Notes under the pieces: model-generated
Database searches by the model: none
Told to the model about the DNA's origin: nothing
The model's input: the letters and a program-made list of their open reading frames with translations, nothing else
Program-made: the position numbers and the translations under genes
Assembly: GCA_002269645.1 (NCBI GenBank)
Contig: NIVC01000085.1
Coordinates: forward strand, 806,001 to 870,000
Direction of reading: 5' to 3'
Source of the DNA: Macrostomum lignano
Lineage: Eukaryota
Length of the DNA: 64,000 bases
In this document: one piece after another, positions 47,121-60,063 of the stretch
Layout of the letters: the number at the start of each line of letters is the position of its first letter
How positions within the stretch are numbered: position 1 is the first letter of the stretch

Positions 47121-49972
47121 GCCGAAATCTAAACCGATTGAAATTTTTAGAAAAGATTTGAGAAAATTCTTCAAAACACACGAGATCTCAGTTTAAATCT
47201 CGTCGAACGCTGCTAAGATGGCAGAGAGAAACGCCTGCCGACTGAGGGCATGCATGAATTCAATAATAGGTAAGCAAACTGTTGGAATGGATCTAATAGT
47301 GAGTGCATTATGATCCATTTTAACTAATACCACAATTCTTGTTGTGTTATTCTGCTGGAATGCATCTACCTATTATTTACATGGCTAGGACTTACATCAT
47401 TTTTTGTTTTATTTTTCTATTTAAAATTAAAAAAACCCTGACTTTTGAATATTCAGTATTACAATTTTTATAAGTTTTTTCTATGAAATTCTAAAAAAGA
47501 ATTTAGAAGTTGGTTCTTTATAAAAAAAGTTTTCTTTTCTATTCTAGTTGAATTTAAATTTGAAAAGTTAGCACACCATGCATGTGGTACTAGCATCATT
47601 GAATTAGGCTACAGTCTAGAGGTTGGACAAGATCTTAATCTTGCAATCAATAAATACTTTTCTCAATTTAATCTTGATTTAAGAAAGTGCTAAGAACCTG
47701 AGATATAAAATAAGGTAAAATAAAGAGCCCTAGGCTTAGATACCAAATACTCTGAATATATCATAGATTTCTAGACATCAATATAAATACATTGAATTCA
47801 AACTGATTCAAATTAGTATTAAAAATTTAACTTACTTTAGTGTCACTCATATTAAGGGATCAATAGTGTCCAGCCCTTAGGCTAGGCCCTAGCCCTATTT
47901 AGGTCAGCATAGAATATAAAAACTAGAATTTTTATTTCAGTATAAACTTGCCATGATCTGTACTGATTTTTAGTCTTCTAATCTAAGGACAAAACATATT
48001 AATGTATTTCAGTCAATGGGTTTTTCCTCACAGACAAATTGTCTAACAAGATTTGCTAGTCAAGATTTAAATACCAAGTTTTTCCTTTTGATATTGGCCA
48101 AGAGGTTGCTGTGCAATCTTAACCCATGAGGGCCACTTCCCTTTATACTTCTTGCAAGATACTTGGTACATAGTATTATGCTTGGTGCACTCAGTGTGCA
48201 GTGTGATGTTTAATGTGCATCTATGGATTTTGACCTTATTGGAATAAATTAACAAATTTCAGATAACCATCTATTGCATTTTCAATATTTACTAGAGTTA
48301 CATTGTGGTAGAAGGCAGTATTGCACATTGTGTCATATTGCAATTGATGGGTGGCAGTGATAGCAATACCACAAGAGTAACATAATTATCATTTAAGACT
48401 TTGAATATAGAGTTAAAAACATTTCAGAACACTTCATTTTTTAGGCTTTTTATATTGGACATCATTTGTCATTTTCACAATGTTTTGCAATTTTTCATAT
48501 CATAACTTTGGTATTATGTTTTTGCACTTTTGTCAGATATTAAAGCAACTTTTTTGCATTGGTATTGCTGTCTATAGGTTTTTGAAAATTATAAGTTCCA
48601 ATAAGGAACTTTAAGAACTTATTCAAATAGAGCATTGTATTTGTCTATAGTTAAAAAGATAGCACAGAGGTAGAGCATAACAAAAAATGGTAAAATCTAG
48701 TAGAGAACAAATATTTTGCTAATATAAAATGAGCATTTTTTAGCTTCTGAATATATTGATACCTTTTTATAAAATATATTTAATATCAACATTATATTTT
48801 CTATAAAATAGATTCAAATATAAGTTTTACTAGTATTTTTTAACTGAAAATACAAGTACTATACTAACTTTTGTTTGTGTTTTTGACAAAAAAGTTCTAG
48901 TACATGGCATAAGCAATCTTATTTGATAGGCCCCCTAAGATCTGTTCTAGCATATAGTGCAATCAAACTTTTTAATAGGATTTGTTCTGGCCTTGGTCTT
49001 GACCTATTGTCAAGAAGATAGCCTTTTTTCATAGAAAACTCCAGCACAAAAAGGGGTTGGACATGCACCACAATGGCACCTTCCGGCGTAATAGCAAGCA
49101 AGGGAAGGGATCTAGTGCAGTACAATGCAAGACAAAAAATTGACACAATTTGTTCCAAGAAAAAATGTTTAACAAAAAATATTTTCACAAACAGAAAATT
49201 AGAATATTATTTTTTTTAATAGCACTTATTGGTTTGCCAGTATAGGCCTATTGACAGCTTTTTTTAATTAAAACACATTTACATTGCATTTTCTCTGTGG
49301 TAGGCCAGTCTACCACTGGGGCTCCTGCAACAGTTGGTGACGCGCGAAGCGCCTCCACCCAGTGGGACAACATTTAACATCATTTCTGCTCCCCTGGATG
49401 AACTGTGCACTTCCCCCTTGTTGCTCCCACCTTTGGTCCAATTGTTGCCCCTTCCCTTGGTCCCACTTTGTTTTGCTGTGTTCCTCCCGGGTTTGTCCCC
49501 TTTTTCCCACCAGTGTTCCCCCCAGTGTTCCCCTCAGTGTTCCCCCAATTGGATCCATGTAACAATTTTTGTATAAAAATCATTGCGTTTACTTCTTCTT
49601 CTGCTCCTTCAACTACTGCTATTTCCTGCTCTCGCCTCTGTTTAGTTAAGTTGTGAATTTGTAGTTAACTGCTTGTTTCGCACTGTCTCATAATCATCCG
49701 TCAAATTTAATAGTATGCAACATTCATTTTATTGCCTAAATCCATTTATTAGTCAACTAACTCGTCAATTGCTTATTAACCTCCTGGAAAATTATAATTT
49801 TCTTAATCATTGACTACAATAATAATTGATCGCTAATAGTAACAAACAATAATAATAAGTTTTATATTAATATTTATCCAGTTGGTCTTAATTGAAGCCT
49901 CTAGTTTATATTGAGTTCTTTGCCCGCGGGGCATAAAAAAACCAATCAGTCTCAACTCAAAGAAAGCTCTGA

Positions 49973-51155
49973 GATGGTGCTGCCTGTGCCACTCTTGATG
50001 CCGAAAATGTGATCGTCATGTTGGCTTCCGACAATGTCCAGCGTCAGGTTGAGGCGGCGACTACAGCAGAATCTGGCAGAGAGCTTGTGCGAATAGCCAG
50101 CCGCTTCGACCACCTGCAGGATCTGGACCCGGTTTTGTCACGGATATACATTTCGTCCTACTTCACGACGATCGAAAAGGTATTTGCATTAAAAATTGTG
50201 CTGATATAGTAACATTTTATACTTCGCTTTTCAATATCCATCTCAATATTCATCGGCACAACATTGCAACCATCGCAGGTCCTGCTGACGGGCGACGGTC
50301 GGACTGGCTGGCTAACGCCAGAAGTCTCCGGCAGAATTACCAGCCTAAAATTGGCTTCATCGTCGCAGCTGGCCGATCTTACGCTGCGTGTCTCTGGCAC
50401 GACCGACTCCGGCGACGTATTCATTGCCGCGGTCAATGAGGCGGCTATTTACCACTCATTTTATTGCGACCCCCAGGTGTACAACCAGGCAGGGCATAAA
50501 ACTTGTGCCCTGCTCGACTTCGCTTTGCAACGCGGTGGTACAGGTATAAGAATGCACTATTTATGGGTTAATAACTGCATGAAGCTATTTACTTAAGACA
50601 TCTTGTGATGTGCATACCACGTGCAAACATATTTTAGGTTTCATGTTTTCCTTCCTATCTTGCAACCCTAATTCCAGAGTCAATCGTTGAGACATTCTAT
50701 TCGACGATGCGCTCGCAACAGCAGCAGGGAGGTCAGACGAACGACACCCTGCAGCTGCGGACCAAGCTGGCCTGGACCCTGGCCCCTGTTGGCAGCGAAG
50801 CTAGCGAGCGCTTCCTCGACCAGGCTGCACGGCTGTACCACGCTGGCGATACTAATCGTGGCCTACGCTCGCACAGGGTGCCGTTTTTTTTTTATCCCCG
50901 GTCCAGGGCAACGCCGTACACCACCAATAAGGTGGTGGACAAGCGAAAGCACGCTACGGGCCGCTGCTCTTTTATTGGTGCTCCGGCGAACGAGTAGAAC
51001 TTTTATTGTATAAAACTTAAACTTAAAACTTAAAAAGCTAGCGTACAAGCAACTTTATTCTTGGCGTAAAATTTTTTTTTTGATTTACATCGGCGTAAAA
51101 TTGAAAAAACATGAAATTTCATTCCGGCGTACGCCTGCCATGATCCGGACTATGG
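49973..51155 (+). mobile_element. 5'-incomplete, intron-containing transposase-like gene (hAT-like C-terminus) followed by a TIR-like end
   Basis: Exons ~49973-50179, 50279-50543 and 50678-50997 join in frame through GT-AG introns. GTESIVETFYSTMRSQQQ.GGQ resembles the hAT dimerization S..ER.FS motif (weak, by eye). TGCCATGATCCGGACTATGG at 51136-51155 matches the adjacent MITE TIR at 16/20 positions. Confidence 0.55.
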
Positions 51156-51282
51156 CTGAGACCCTTAACATTCCATAAGACGATATTTACGGTGGTGGCA
51201 GCGCTACTTTACTATTGAAAGTAACACAACTAGCAATCTCAACAAATTATGAGTTTACGGTATCTAAGGACCCATTCTGAAC

Positions 51283-51928
51283 CCATAGTCAGGAAGGTGG
51301 CAATTTGGTCGGAAAATTCCGGCGCACACAAGCCCTTTTTGGGCACACAACGGCGCACAACGGCGCACAGCGGCGCGCCACAACAGCGCACAGCGGCGCA
51401 CAACGGCGCACACCAGAGGACACCGGCGCATGGCGGCGCGGCGCGGCGGGCGCCGCGCCACATGCAGCGTTACCCTTGTGGCGATCCCATGTAACGATGT
51501 AAGTCGTTACTTGTTACAGTACACTATTCACTGTTCTATCTAATGTAACACTGCATTCTACCAAAAAATAAAAAATAAAATAAAATATTTTCCTTTTCCT
51601 TTTTACCTTTGTTTTTGCCATTTGCTTACTTTTTATGTTTGTTTTGTTTTAAAAATTAGAAATTTAATTAAAAATTTTTTAAATTTCTATTTTCGGTTTA
51701 ACGATCTCAATTTCTCATAATATAATATAGATAGCCCGTAACCGTCCCGTATATTGGCGCACAAAAATTGTTGCTATGTTGTAAAAAAAGGTCTTTTATT
51801 GTCGCAAGGCAGGTAGTGGCGGGCGCACAACGGCGCACACGAGGGTTTTTGTGTCGGCGCACGGCGCACAATTTTGGGAGAGGCCAAAATTTGTTCCGGC
51901 GCACACTCTGCCACCTTCCTGACTATGG
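51283..51928. mobile_element. 646-bp hAT-type MITE
   Basis: Perfect 20-bp TIR CCATAGTCAGGAAGGTGGCA; 8-bp TSD TTCTGAAC at 51275-51282 and 51929-51936; internal CGGCGCACA repeats. Confidence 0.92.
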
Positions 51929-53569
51929 TTCTGAACAACCTAGGCCACTACAAGACTGCTTGACTACGATTACAACTACCTTCCCCCTGGAATTGAGGAC
52001 CCCGGCAGACAGAGTATCCAAGGAGAAGACTCAACACAGCAATTTGTGCAATTTTCCGGCTTTACGAGTGCCAAGACAACGCCGGCGGAAATTCAGATGT
52101 AGAATCCGCCCCACCTTACTAGTGTCAACCAACAATTCAAACCACCAATTTAAAAGCCTAAATCTTCTCCACCCCCACCTCATTCTCTGAAACAGATTCA
52201 ACAGATCAATAGATAATGCAAGCAAACTTTTTTGATAGGATTCATTCTGGCATAGGCATGCCATGTTCTTGACTAGGCCTAGGCCAAGGCCTATGGATCT
52301 TGACAATGCCAATTTGCCTGAGTGAATTGCTTGGCAAGTTTTTTCCCATCGAGGTTTGCCCACAATGCTTATTTCCTATTAAGCATTCAGTCATGTGGCA
52401 GATTTTGTCTACATTGTCCTTAATCACAATGCTTAGTAAGTCTAAAAAGATTTTAAAAAAGATTTAGTTAGAGATGGCAACAACATGGCATAATATAGGC
52501 CGAGGCACCATAACAAATTCATAAATTAGGCCTAAATAGCTCACCAAAGACAATCGCAATGTAGGCCTAATGACAATGTATATAGGCCTATCCCTGTTAG
52601 ACCCTGTATAGGCGATAGGCCTGCTTATTAGATATATATACTAATATACATTAATATATTTAGGCCCTACTTTAAAGCTACATAGTTGACAGGAATGTTT
52701 CTTTATTTTAAATGGCCAAATGGCCAAGCATAATAACTCGTTTAGTTAGCATATTGGTTTTTTTAATAAGCCTTCCATATTATTATATTAAGCTTTGAGG
52801 AATGCCATACACTTGTACTAAAAAAAGTTAACGAACCTACAAGTAAAACCTAAACCTGCTACAGTTAACCTATAGTATTCTGATATTTTTAGGTTAGGAC
52901 TTGTCTTTCGTCTTTACTAATTAGCTGGTTAGGAGTTTCGGTAGTTTTCTACATTACAGGTTTAAAACATTTCAAAAGATGTTTTTGTTAAATTTTTGGA
53001 TTGTTGTTAATGGAATTGCAAGTATTGAAAAAATTAAAAAATACTTGCTAACTTTGCATAAAATAAAACAAAAAGTTTTTAAAAACTCGTTTTTTCTGTA
53101 AAAAATTTATAACAAAATTAAAAAACCTTTTATTTGAAAAACTATGCGTTAGTTTTAAGCTTTTTTAAATAGTTTATGATATACATAACGCAGACCGGTA
53201 TTAATAGAAAAGGTATAGTATAGTGCTACAACTGGAGGGAGACGATGTCCATTCAACAGGCATAGCTCGATTTTAGCTCAAAAATAAAGAGAAATAAAAT
53301 TAAAAACCTTCGCTGATTGCTTTCAATTTTCTAGGAGGCTCCTCTTCCCTATGAAGAATGAAAATCCACTTGGAACGGCATACATGTATATCTCGATCAA
53401 AGAAGTACATACACATCGTAATAGCAATGACTGACTCGATGACTTAGTTGTCCGTTGGACATTTTTTGCAAGGACCACTGTAGCTACAGAGTTATACTTC
53501 AGTATAACAGTAATTGATATTGTTACATGTGCTGTACAGTTTTTTGAGACTGCACCGCGGCGGGTGCTC

Positions 53570-54910
53570 GCGCACGACAATTCAAGATCTACCAAGTTCC
53601 GGGAAAGAAGATCATCGTTCCGGACTTTATTTCGTATCACGGTTGCGGTGAGGAGGACTCGGCGGAGCTCCAAGTGTCGGGGCGCTTCATATCGTGACAC
53701 CAAACTGTCCAATTCAAGACATCTCTACAGTTCAGGTCCCGGTGAATTAGCCATGGCGATCGAGATAACCCTGCAAAGTGGGCCGAGTTCCATCAAGCCA
53801 GATGATGTCGGAGAGCTGCAGCCGTTCTGACGGATCAGTGAACAGCTCGCAGTCTGGAATGATGGCAAGTGCCTGGTGAATCGGTTGCGCGCGGTGATTC
53901 CCGCTAAATTTGCTACTTTGGATGGAGCACTGCCGCAGCACTACAGAAGAAGACTGACGAAGAAGGACTCAGGTCTGGTGGCCCGATCGACCACCAAATC
54001 AAAGATCGACAGCCAAATCAAAGATCGACAACCAAATCAAATATCGACAACCAAATCAAAGATCGACAGCCAAATCAAAGATCGACCACCAAATCAAAGA
54101 TCGACAGCCAAATCATAGATCGACAGCCAAATCAAAGATCGACAGCCAAATCAAAGATCGACAGCCAAATCAAAGATCGACAACTAAATCAAAGATCGAC
54201 AGCCAAATCAAAGATCGACAGCTAAATCATAGATCGACAGCCAAATCAAAGATCGACAGCCAAATCAAAGATCGACAGCCAAATCAAAGATCGACAGCCA
54301 AATCAAAGATCGACAGCCAAATCAAAGATCGACAGCCAAATCAAAGATCGACCACCAAATCAAAGATCGACAGCCAAATCAAATATCGACAGCCAAATCA
54401 AAGATCGACAACCAAATCATAGATCGACAGCCAAATCAAAGATCGACAGCCAAATCAAAGATCGACAGCCAAATCAAATATCGACAGCCAAATCAAAGAT
54501 CGACAGCCAAATCAAAGATCGACAGCCAAATCAAAGATCGACAGCCAAATCAAAGATCGACAGCCAAATCAAAGATCGACAGCCAAATCAAATATCGACA
54601 GCCTAATGAAAGAAATCGTGCGGCACTACGAGGCCTGCCAGCTGCTCTCAGCTAGAAAAACTTCAAGCCATACAATACGATGCTGACACCGACGAAGTGG
54701 CCGACGCGACCTTGGGAGGAGCTTCAATTCAACATCTTGAAGGAACTCAAGTCCGCTTCATTCTGGTGCTGTGCGACCTGAATTCGAAGTGACCAGAAAA
54801 GAATCTGCATGTCCGCAGAGTGACCATAGCTGAAGTCTTGATCGACGGGGTGTCACCGACGGAGCTGATGATGGGCCAGAAAATGAGCACCCCGCTGACG
54901 GCACACTGCA
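53570..54910 (+). mobile_element. Ty3/Gypsy pol relic (RNase H end to integrase), interrupted by a minisatellite
   Basis: RQFKIYQVPGKKIIVPDFIS (cf. F.I.Y.PGK.N..AD.LS), R.VIP, VWWP.ID.QIK..EIVRHYEACQ (HHCC region), PTRPWEELQFNI, FILVLCDLNSKWPE and GVSPTELMMGQKMSTPL. Stops and frameshifts; no LTRs identified. Confidence 0.8.
53985..54603. repeat. 19-bp minisatellite (GATCGACAGCCAAATCAAA), ~32 copies
   Basis: Period of 19 measured at 54251 and 54270. Confidence 0.97.
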
Positions 54911-55944
54911 GCCAAGGACGCCAGACAGGATGAGCAGCGAGTCTTCAATAAGCTCAACTCGGCCAGGAGGAGGTCAATGCCGACGTTCAAGGTCAGCGAC
55001 TTGGTGCGCGCGGTAAGGCGCGTCGTTTGCGCGTGCCAAGCTGTGCAGCCGGCTGAGATCTCAAGAATCGCTAGATCGCACCACCGCCGTGATCCCCAGT
55101 GACGGCTCTCGGTCGCGAAGACCTGCTGCCGCATCAAGGAGCACCGACGGCGATTCGAGCGAGTGCGAGGAGTCGGGCTCCACCGCAGTGGTATGGGAAC
55201 GTGCACGTGACTCATTGATTGCAATGACTGCACAAAGGACTCTCGAATTAAGTTTTTTGTTGCATGTTTGCATGCGTGACGTTTACGAGTTGTACATAAA
55301 GCTGTACTGTACATGTACAACTGTTTGCCAATGTTGTGTGTTCTAAATCAGTCAATGTGATCGACTTTCTCAAGCTGCAAATCTAAGGAAAAAACAAAAA
55401 TTGAACAACGAAATCGTTTTAGCCAATGAAATATACTACACGCCGACTGAGTGCGGCAAGGACCTGTATAGACACCTGCAGTGCGAAGCTCAGCCACATC
55501 CATTAATTTCTCAGTAGTCTAAAATATGGTCCAAACTATGATGGGCTTTGGAGCAACTAAATTTAATAATCCCGAGCAGCCATTTATTCATTTCCAGTGT
55601 CACACTGCATGGTGTCGCTTTGGCTGCAAAAGAGGAAAGAGAAGCTGAAGAAGAAGATCGAGGGATCAGGAAGCTAGCCAGCTTTTGGAGGAAGATGGGA
55701 GAGCTATAGTTACCTCAGATGAAGCACTAGAAGAACAAGATCACGCAGCACAGTGGGCTCCTAACTGTATGACAAGATAGGCAACGAAAAGTACATGTAA
55801 GAGCTGGGTGTGAGTGCAATTTGAAGAGGTGATAGCTGGCGCTGTCCACACTTCACGATGGCTGTAGCTGTGAAGCTGCAAACTGTGTATTCCATCCAAC
55901 GGCGCTATAACAAATTGACAGGAGAATTTATGAGTCACGGAAAG

Positions 55945-56645
55945 CGCCAACATGAGTGCCTGCCTGCGGCGCCAACATGAGTGCCTGCCTGCGGCGCCAA
56001 CATGAGTGCCTGCCTGGTGTGCCAACATGAGTGCCTGCCTGCGGCGCCAACATGAGTGCCTGCCTGCGGCGCCAACATGAGTGCCTGCCTGGTGTGCCAA
56101 CATGAGTGCCTGCCTGCGGCGCCAACATGAGTGCCTGCCTGCGGCGCCAAAATGAGTGCCTGCCTGGTGTGCCAACATGAGTGCCTGCCTGCGGCGCCAA
56201 CATGAGTGCCTGCCTGCGGCGCCAACATGAGTGCCTGCCTGCGGCGCCAACATGAGTGCCTGCCTGCGGCGCCAACATGAGTGCCTGCCTGGTGTGCCAA
56301 CATGAGTGCCTGCCTGCGGCGCCAACATGAGTGCCTGCCTGCGGCGCCAAAATGAGTGCCTGCCTGGTGTGCCAACATGAGTGCCTGCCTGAGGCGCCAA
56401 CATGAGTGCCTACCTGCGGCGCCAAAATGAGTGCCTGCCTGCGGCGCCAAAGTGAGTGCCTGCCTGCGGCGCCAAAGTGAGTGCCTGCCTGCGGCGAAAA
56501 AATGAGTGTCTCTGACGCCAAAATGAGTGCCTGAGGCGCCAAAGTAAGTGCCTGCCTGCGGCGCCAAAATGAGTGCCTGCCTGCGGCGCCAAAGTGAGTG
56601 CCTGCCTGCGGCGCCAAAGTGAGTGTCTGCGGCGCCAAAATGAGT
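55945..56645. repeat. 25-bp satellite (GGCGCCAACATGAGTGCCTGCCTGC), ~28 copies
   Basis: Directly visible; followed by a MITE-like terminus at 56724-56759. Confidence 0.96.
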
Positions 56646-57562
56646 AAGTTTTAAACAACGCAGGTTCGAAAAATAATATCTAGAATGTACACGTAAGTCC
56701 ATGTAACTGCATAATGTTTTGATTCCCCCCCCACCATAAAATCCATGGCGACAGTCCTGACAACATGAACTCGATCATTTTAATCGCCGAATGACTTTAT
56801 CTTGGCGTCGCAGGAGACAGGCGTGCATGCTCTGGAACTTTTTGTTGTTGTTGTTAAACGAAAGGGTCCTAAGGGGGGACCCCGCGGGCTCTGCTGCGAG
56901 GGGCACTGACAGGGGCACAGCATTAGCTGTTTTTAGAGCCCGAGATACCCCGAGAGATGGAGATTGGGCCCGCGCATAAAGCGCGGGAGGGCGAAGTCGA
57001 CCCAAACCTACGGTACAAGACACCGCCAAACCAACAGTGGAATCGGGGACGGTGCTAGGAACGAGTCCACCCAGGCCACCCCCCCCCCCCCCAGCAGACA
57101 AGTCCTCGGGAGTGCGCGAAAAACAGAATTGGATTTATTACTAAAAGCCGTCCAAGAGCGGGGAAACCCAGAAGTCTTGGAAAGGGCTAACTATTGGAGC
57201 GAGTCTGGAAGGCTTGTATCCGAGGGCGAGTCTCCTATCAAGAGGTAAACCAGAAAACCCTCCTATAGGGCTGCAAGCCACAAGGGCATCGCCTATCCAG
57301 CTCATTATTGGGGGCCAGGCCAAGGGGTCGGGAAGAGGCACCAGGGGCAAGAGGACACCGGACTCAGCCGGTTGTCCCCGGTACGGGACGAACATCCTTC
57401 CCAGGACACCAATCCACTGTCAGGATGAGAGCCAGAGACACGCAGGCAGGGACCGTCAGCAGGAGCCAGTAGATGGACCCAAGGACAGAGCAGGATGGAC
57501 CGGGCAGTGGGCAGAGCTCATAACTCCGAGAAATTGGATGGCTACATAGGCCGGGTTAAGAT

Positions 57563-58402
57563 TAGGGATTCCAATCCCGGGATTTTTTTGGGGATCGAAT
57601 CCCGGGATTTTTAATCCCGGGATTGCAAAAGTCCGGGATCGGGATCCCGGGATTTCAAGGCCTTAATCCCGGGATTGGTCCGGGATTAGAAAAACCTTTC
57701 AATGCCTAAATTAGATAATTTAAAGTCTAAACGTTTATTTGAATAATAAAACATTTATTTGTTTTTGCTGTTTCTCAATGAAACGTTAAACATTTGCAAA
57801 GCTCCTGTCCTAATTGAGCTAAAAATTGTTAATGTGAACTGTAAATGATAGATAATTTAAATTTTTTTTCGTTTTCCACCACGAGACGAGACTGAGACTC
57901 TGAGAGTCGCGAGACCATGACTACTGCACGCGGCACGCCGCACAGTCCGTCATGTATTATAATTTAAATTTTAATATTTTGACAATTACCTACAAAGATT
58001 TTACTCTTGTTAGTTGTTACTTAGTCTTGTACTCGGGCATCTTGAAGTTTAGGTATTTAAAATATTCCAAATTGTGAAAAAATCATGAGATTGCACAGAG
58101 ACAACTTTCTAGGATACAGTAACAAAAGTCAACAATAAAAACTTACAAAATTTAGCTATATACCTAATCTTCAAGAGACCTTAGGGATTCCAATCCCGGG
58201 ATCCCGGGATCCCGGGATTGGGGCCAAAAATCCGGGATTTGAATCCCGGGATTTTTTTGGGGATCGAATCCCGGGATTTTTAATCCCGGGATTTCAAAAG
58301 CACCGGGATTCCGGGATTTTGAATCCCGGGATTTCAACAGCATCGGGATTTCGGGACTATTCAATCCCGGGATTGTAAAATGTCGGGATTTTGGAATCCC
58401 TA
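57563..58402. mobile_element. 840-bp hAT-type MITE (TAGGGATTCCA TIR) with an extra internal TIR
   Basis: TAGGGATTCCA...TGGAATCCCTA termini; 8-bp TSD GTTAAGAT at 57555-57562 and 58403-58410; many ATCCCGGGAT subterminal palindromes; a third TIR copy at 58182. Confidence 0.92.
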
Positions 58403-60063
58403 GTTAAGATAAAAACAATACTGTAAAGGACTAAAACATAGCTGGAGGAGCACCTGAACCCACACAGGCCTCCTCTCAAACCTGTACCCGGGGCTCAGCC
58501 TCAGGGCTGGCAGTCTACTGGGTCTACCGTGCACCTTTGTGAATTGGTCATTTTCTTTCCTGCAGGGCGGGTACGACCGGGGGGCCCAGTCCCGTCCTAG
58601 CCACACTGCAGTCCAGATATCCAACTCACTCCGGGCACCCCCCCCCCCTAACCCAGGGCCGATGGCCAAATTAGGAGTACGAAAAAAGAATAGGGTTTTA
58701 TTTTTAGACTGGGCACAGCCCCTCCGGGGGGGACCCTTAATTATTGGGCTAGCCGAAGCTAGGCCAATCGGATTGTGCCTAGTTTCGTTTGGTCCACAAA
58801 CGATTGCGTCGACGGAAATTGTGAACTAAGTAAATTTTTGCGCGCCTTTCAGGCATCGAAACAGGAACACAACAGATTGCTTATCTGCGAATAGTCTATG
58901 GTCAAGCCGCTCCCCATCTTTGGATATTCCCAACGGGTTATATTTGGATATACCCATTTGCAGATAAGCAATCTGTATATTCCTGTATCAATGTGTTTGC
59001 GAGGATATTTTTTATTCAATACAACAAAGCTGAATAAACAGATTGTATACATGTACGAAAACAGCCGTAACGTGGGCATAATGAAACGTGGACCAATTGT
59101 TCCGCAATAATCGATGAGTGGAGCTAGAATCGACAATAATTACACTCACATCGGCCGAATTGCATGGTTTGTTCCGCATGGGATCCTCGGGGCAAGCCTC
59201 TTCTTCGCTTGGCAGTGGTGGCAGAGCATCATCGTTACCGCAGTCAATGAATCGGATCAACTCCATCAACTCTTCGTCATCCGCCTCATCACGTCCACCC
59301 ATACTCAAGTCGCTGAGAAAGTTGACCTCATTTCCATTCAAGCCGTCAATGCTTTCAATCGGCAAATTCGACCAATTTATCATTCGTATGAGTGGCATGA
59401 ATAGAGGTTAGGGCAAACAGAAGAAACAGGAACATGTATCCTCTGCTGCAGAGTTCCAGCTTATAAGACCACAACTTCATTTAACATGTTTGGTCTATGG
59501 TCATTTCAGACTGTTCCGCTTAACTTTTCGTTCCAGACGTTTAGTCTATGGCCATCATTTGGCTTGCGCCAAGTGGAAAATGCCTATGACACAAATCCCT
59601 AGAATCACTCAGTGAACAATTCCCGTCTGGGAAGTTGTGTCCTAGCCGTTTTGAATTGGTTTTTGGACGAAAATAGACACAATTCCACTATCGAGAGTTC
59701 ACGCCTCACACACAACTGCCTTACTGCGTCTCGGCCTACCGGCCTCGACGCTATGGCAGTTGTGTGTGAATCGTGACCACTTGATAATCATACATTGCGC
59801 ACAACCCTTAGACAAGCTAAAAGAGAGGCAACCAGGGTAAAAACAGTCAGAGACCGTCTTTACGGCACTTTTCTGGAACTTTTTAGTCATTACCTCATTA
59901 ATGCTGTTTGTTATTACTCGTGAGCAAAGCTTTCAAAATTCGCTTTTCGTATCCAACTGAAGTACTTTGCTGTTCGCTTCCCAATCAGTCACTAGAGCTG
60001 CCTACCTTGAGCTCTCCTGGGAAATCTTCGAGTTGATCTAGTAGCGTTGGTAGTGCTGCCACC

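Noticed and set aside
47216-47280. Short ATG-to-GTAAGC exon-like stretch divergent from beta-catenin
   Set aside because: No downstream exon could be linked and no homology was recognised.
54865-54882. CTGATGA...GAAA hammerhead-like core
   Set aside because: Stems I and III cannot be formed, and the bases are explained by integrase codons (ELMMGQK).
56860-58800. GC-rich segment hosting the MITE, with GGGGGGACCC near both ends; possibly another element
   Set aside because: No convincing TIR, TSD or protein motif by eye. The purine-rich tracts at 30.9-31.4 and 36.6-36.9 kb are similarly unassigned.
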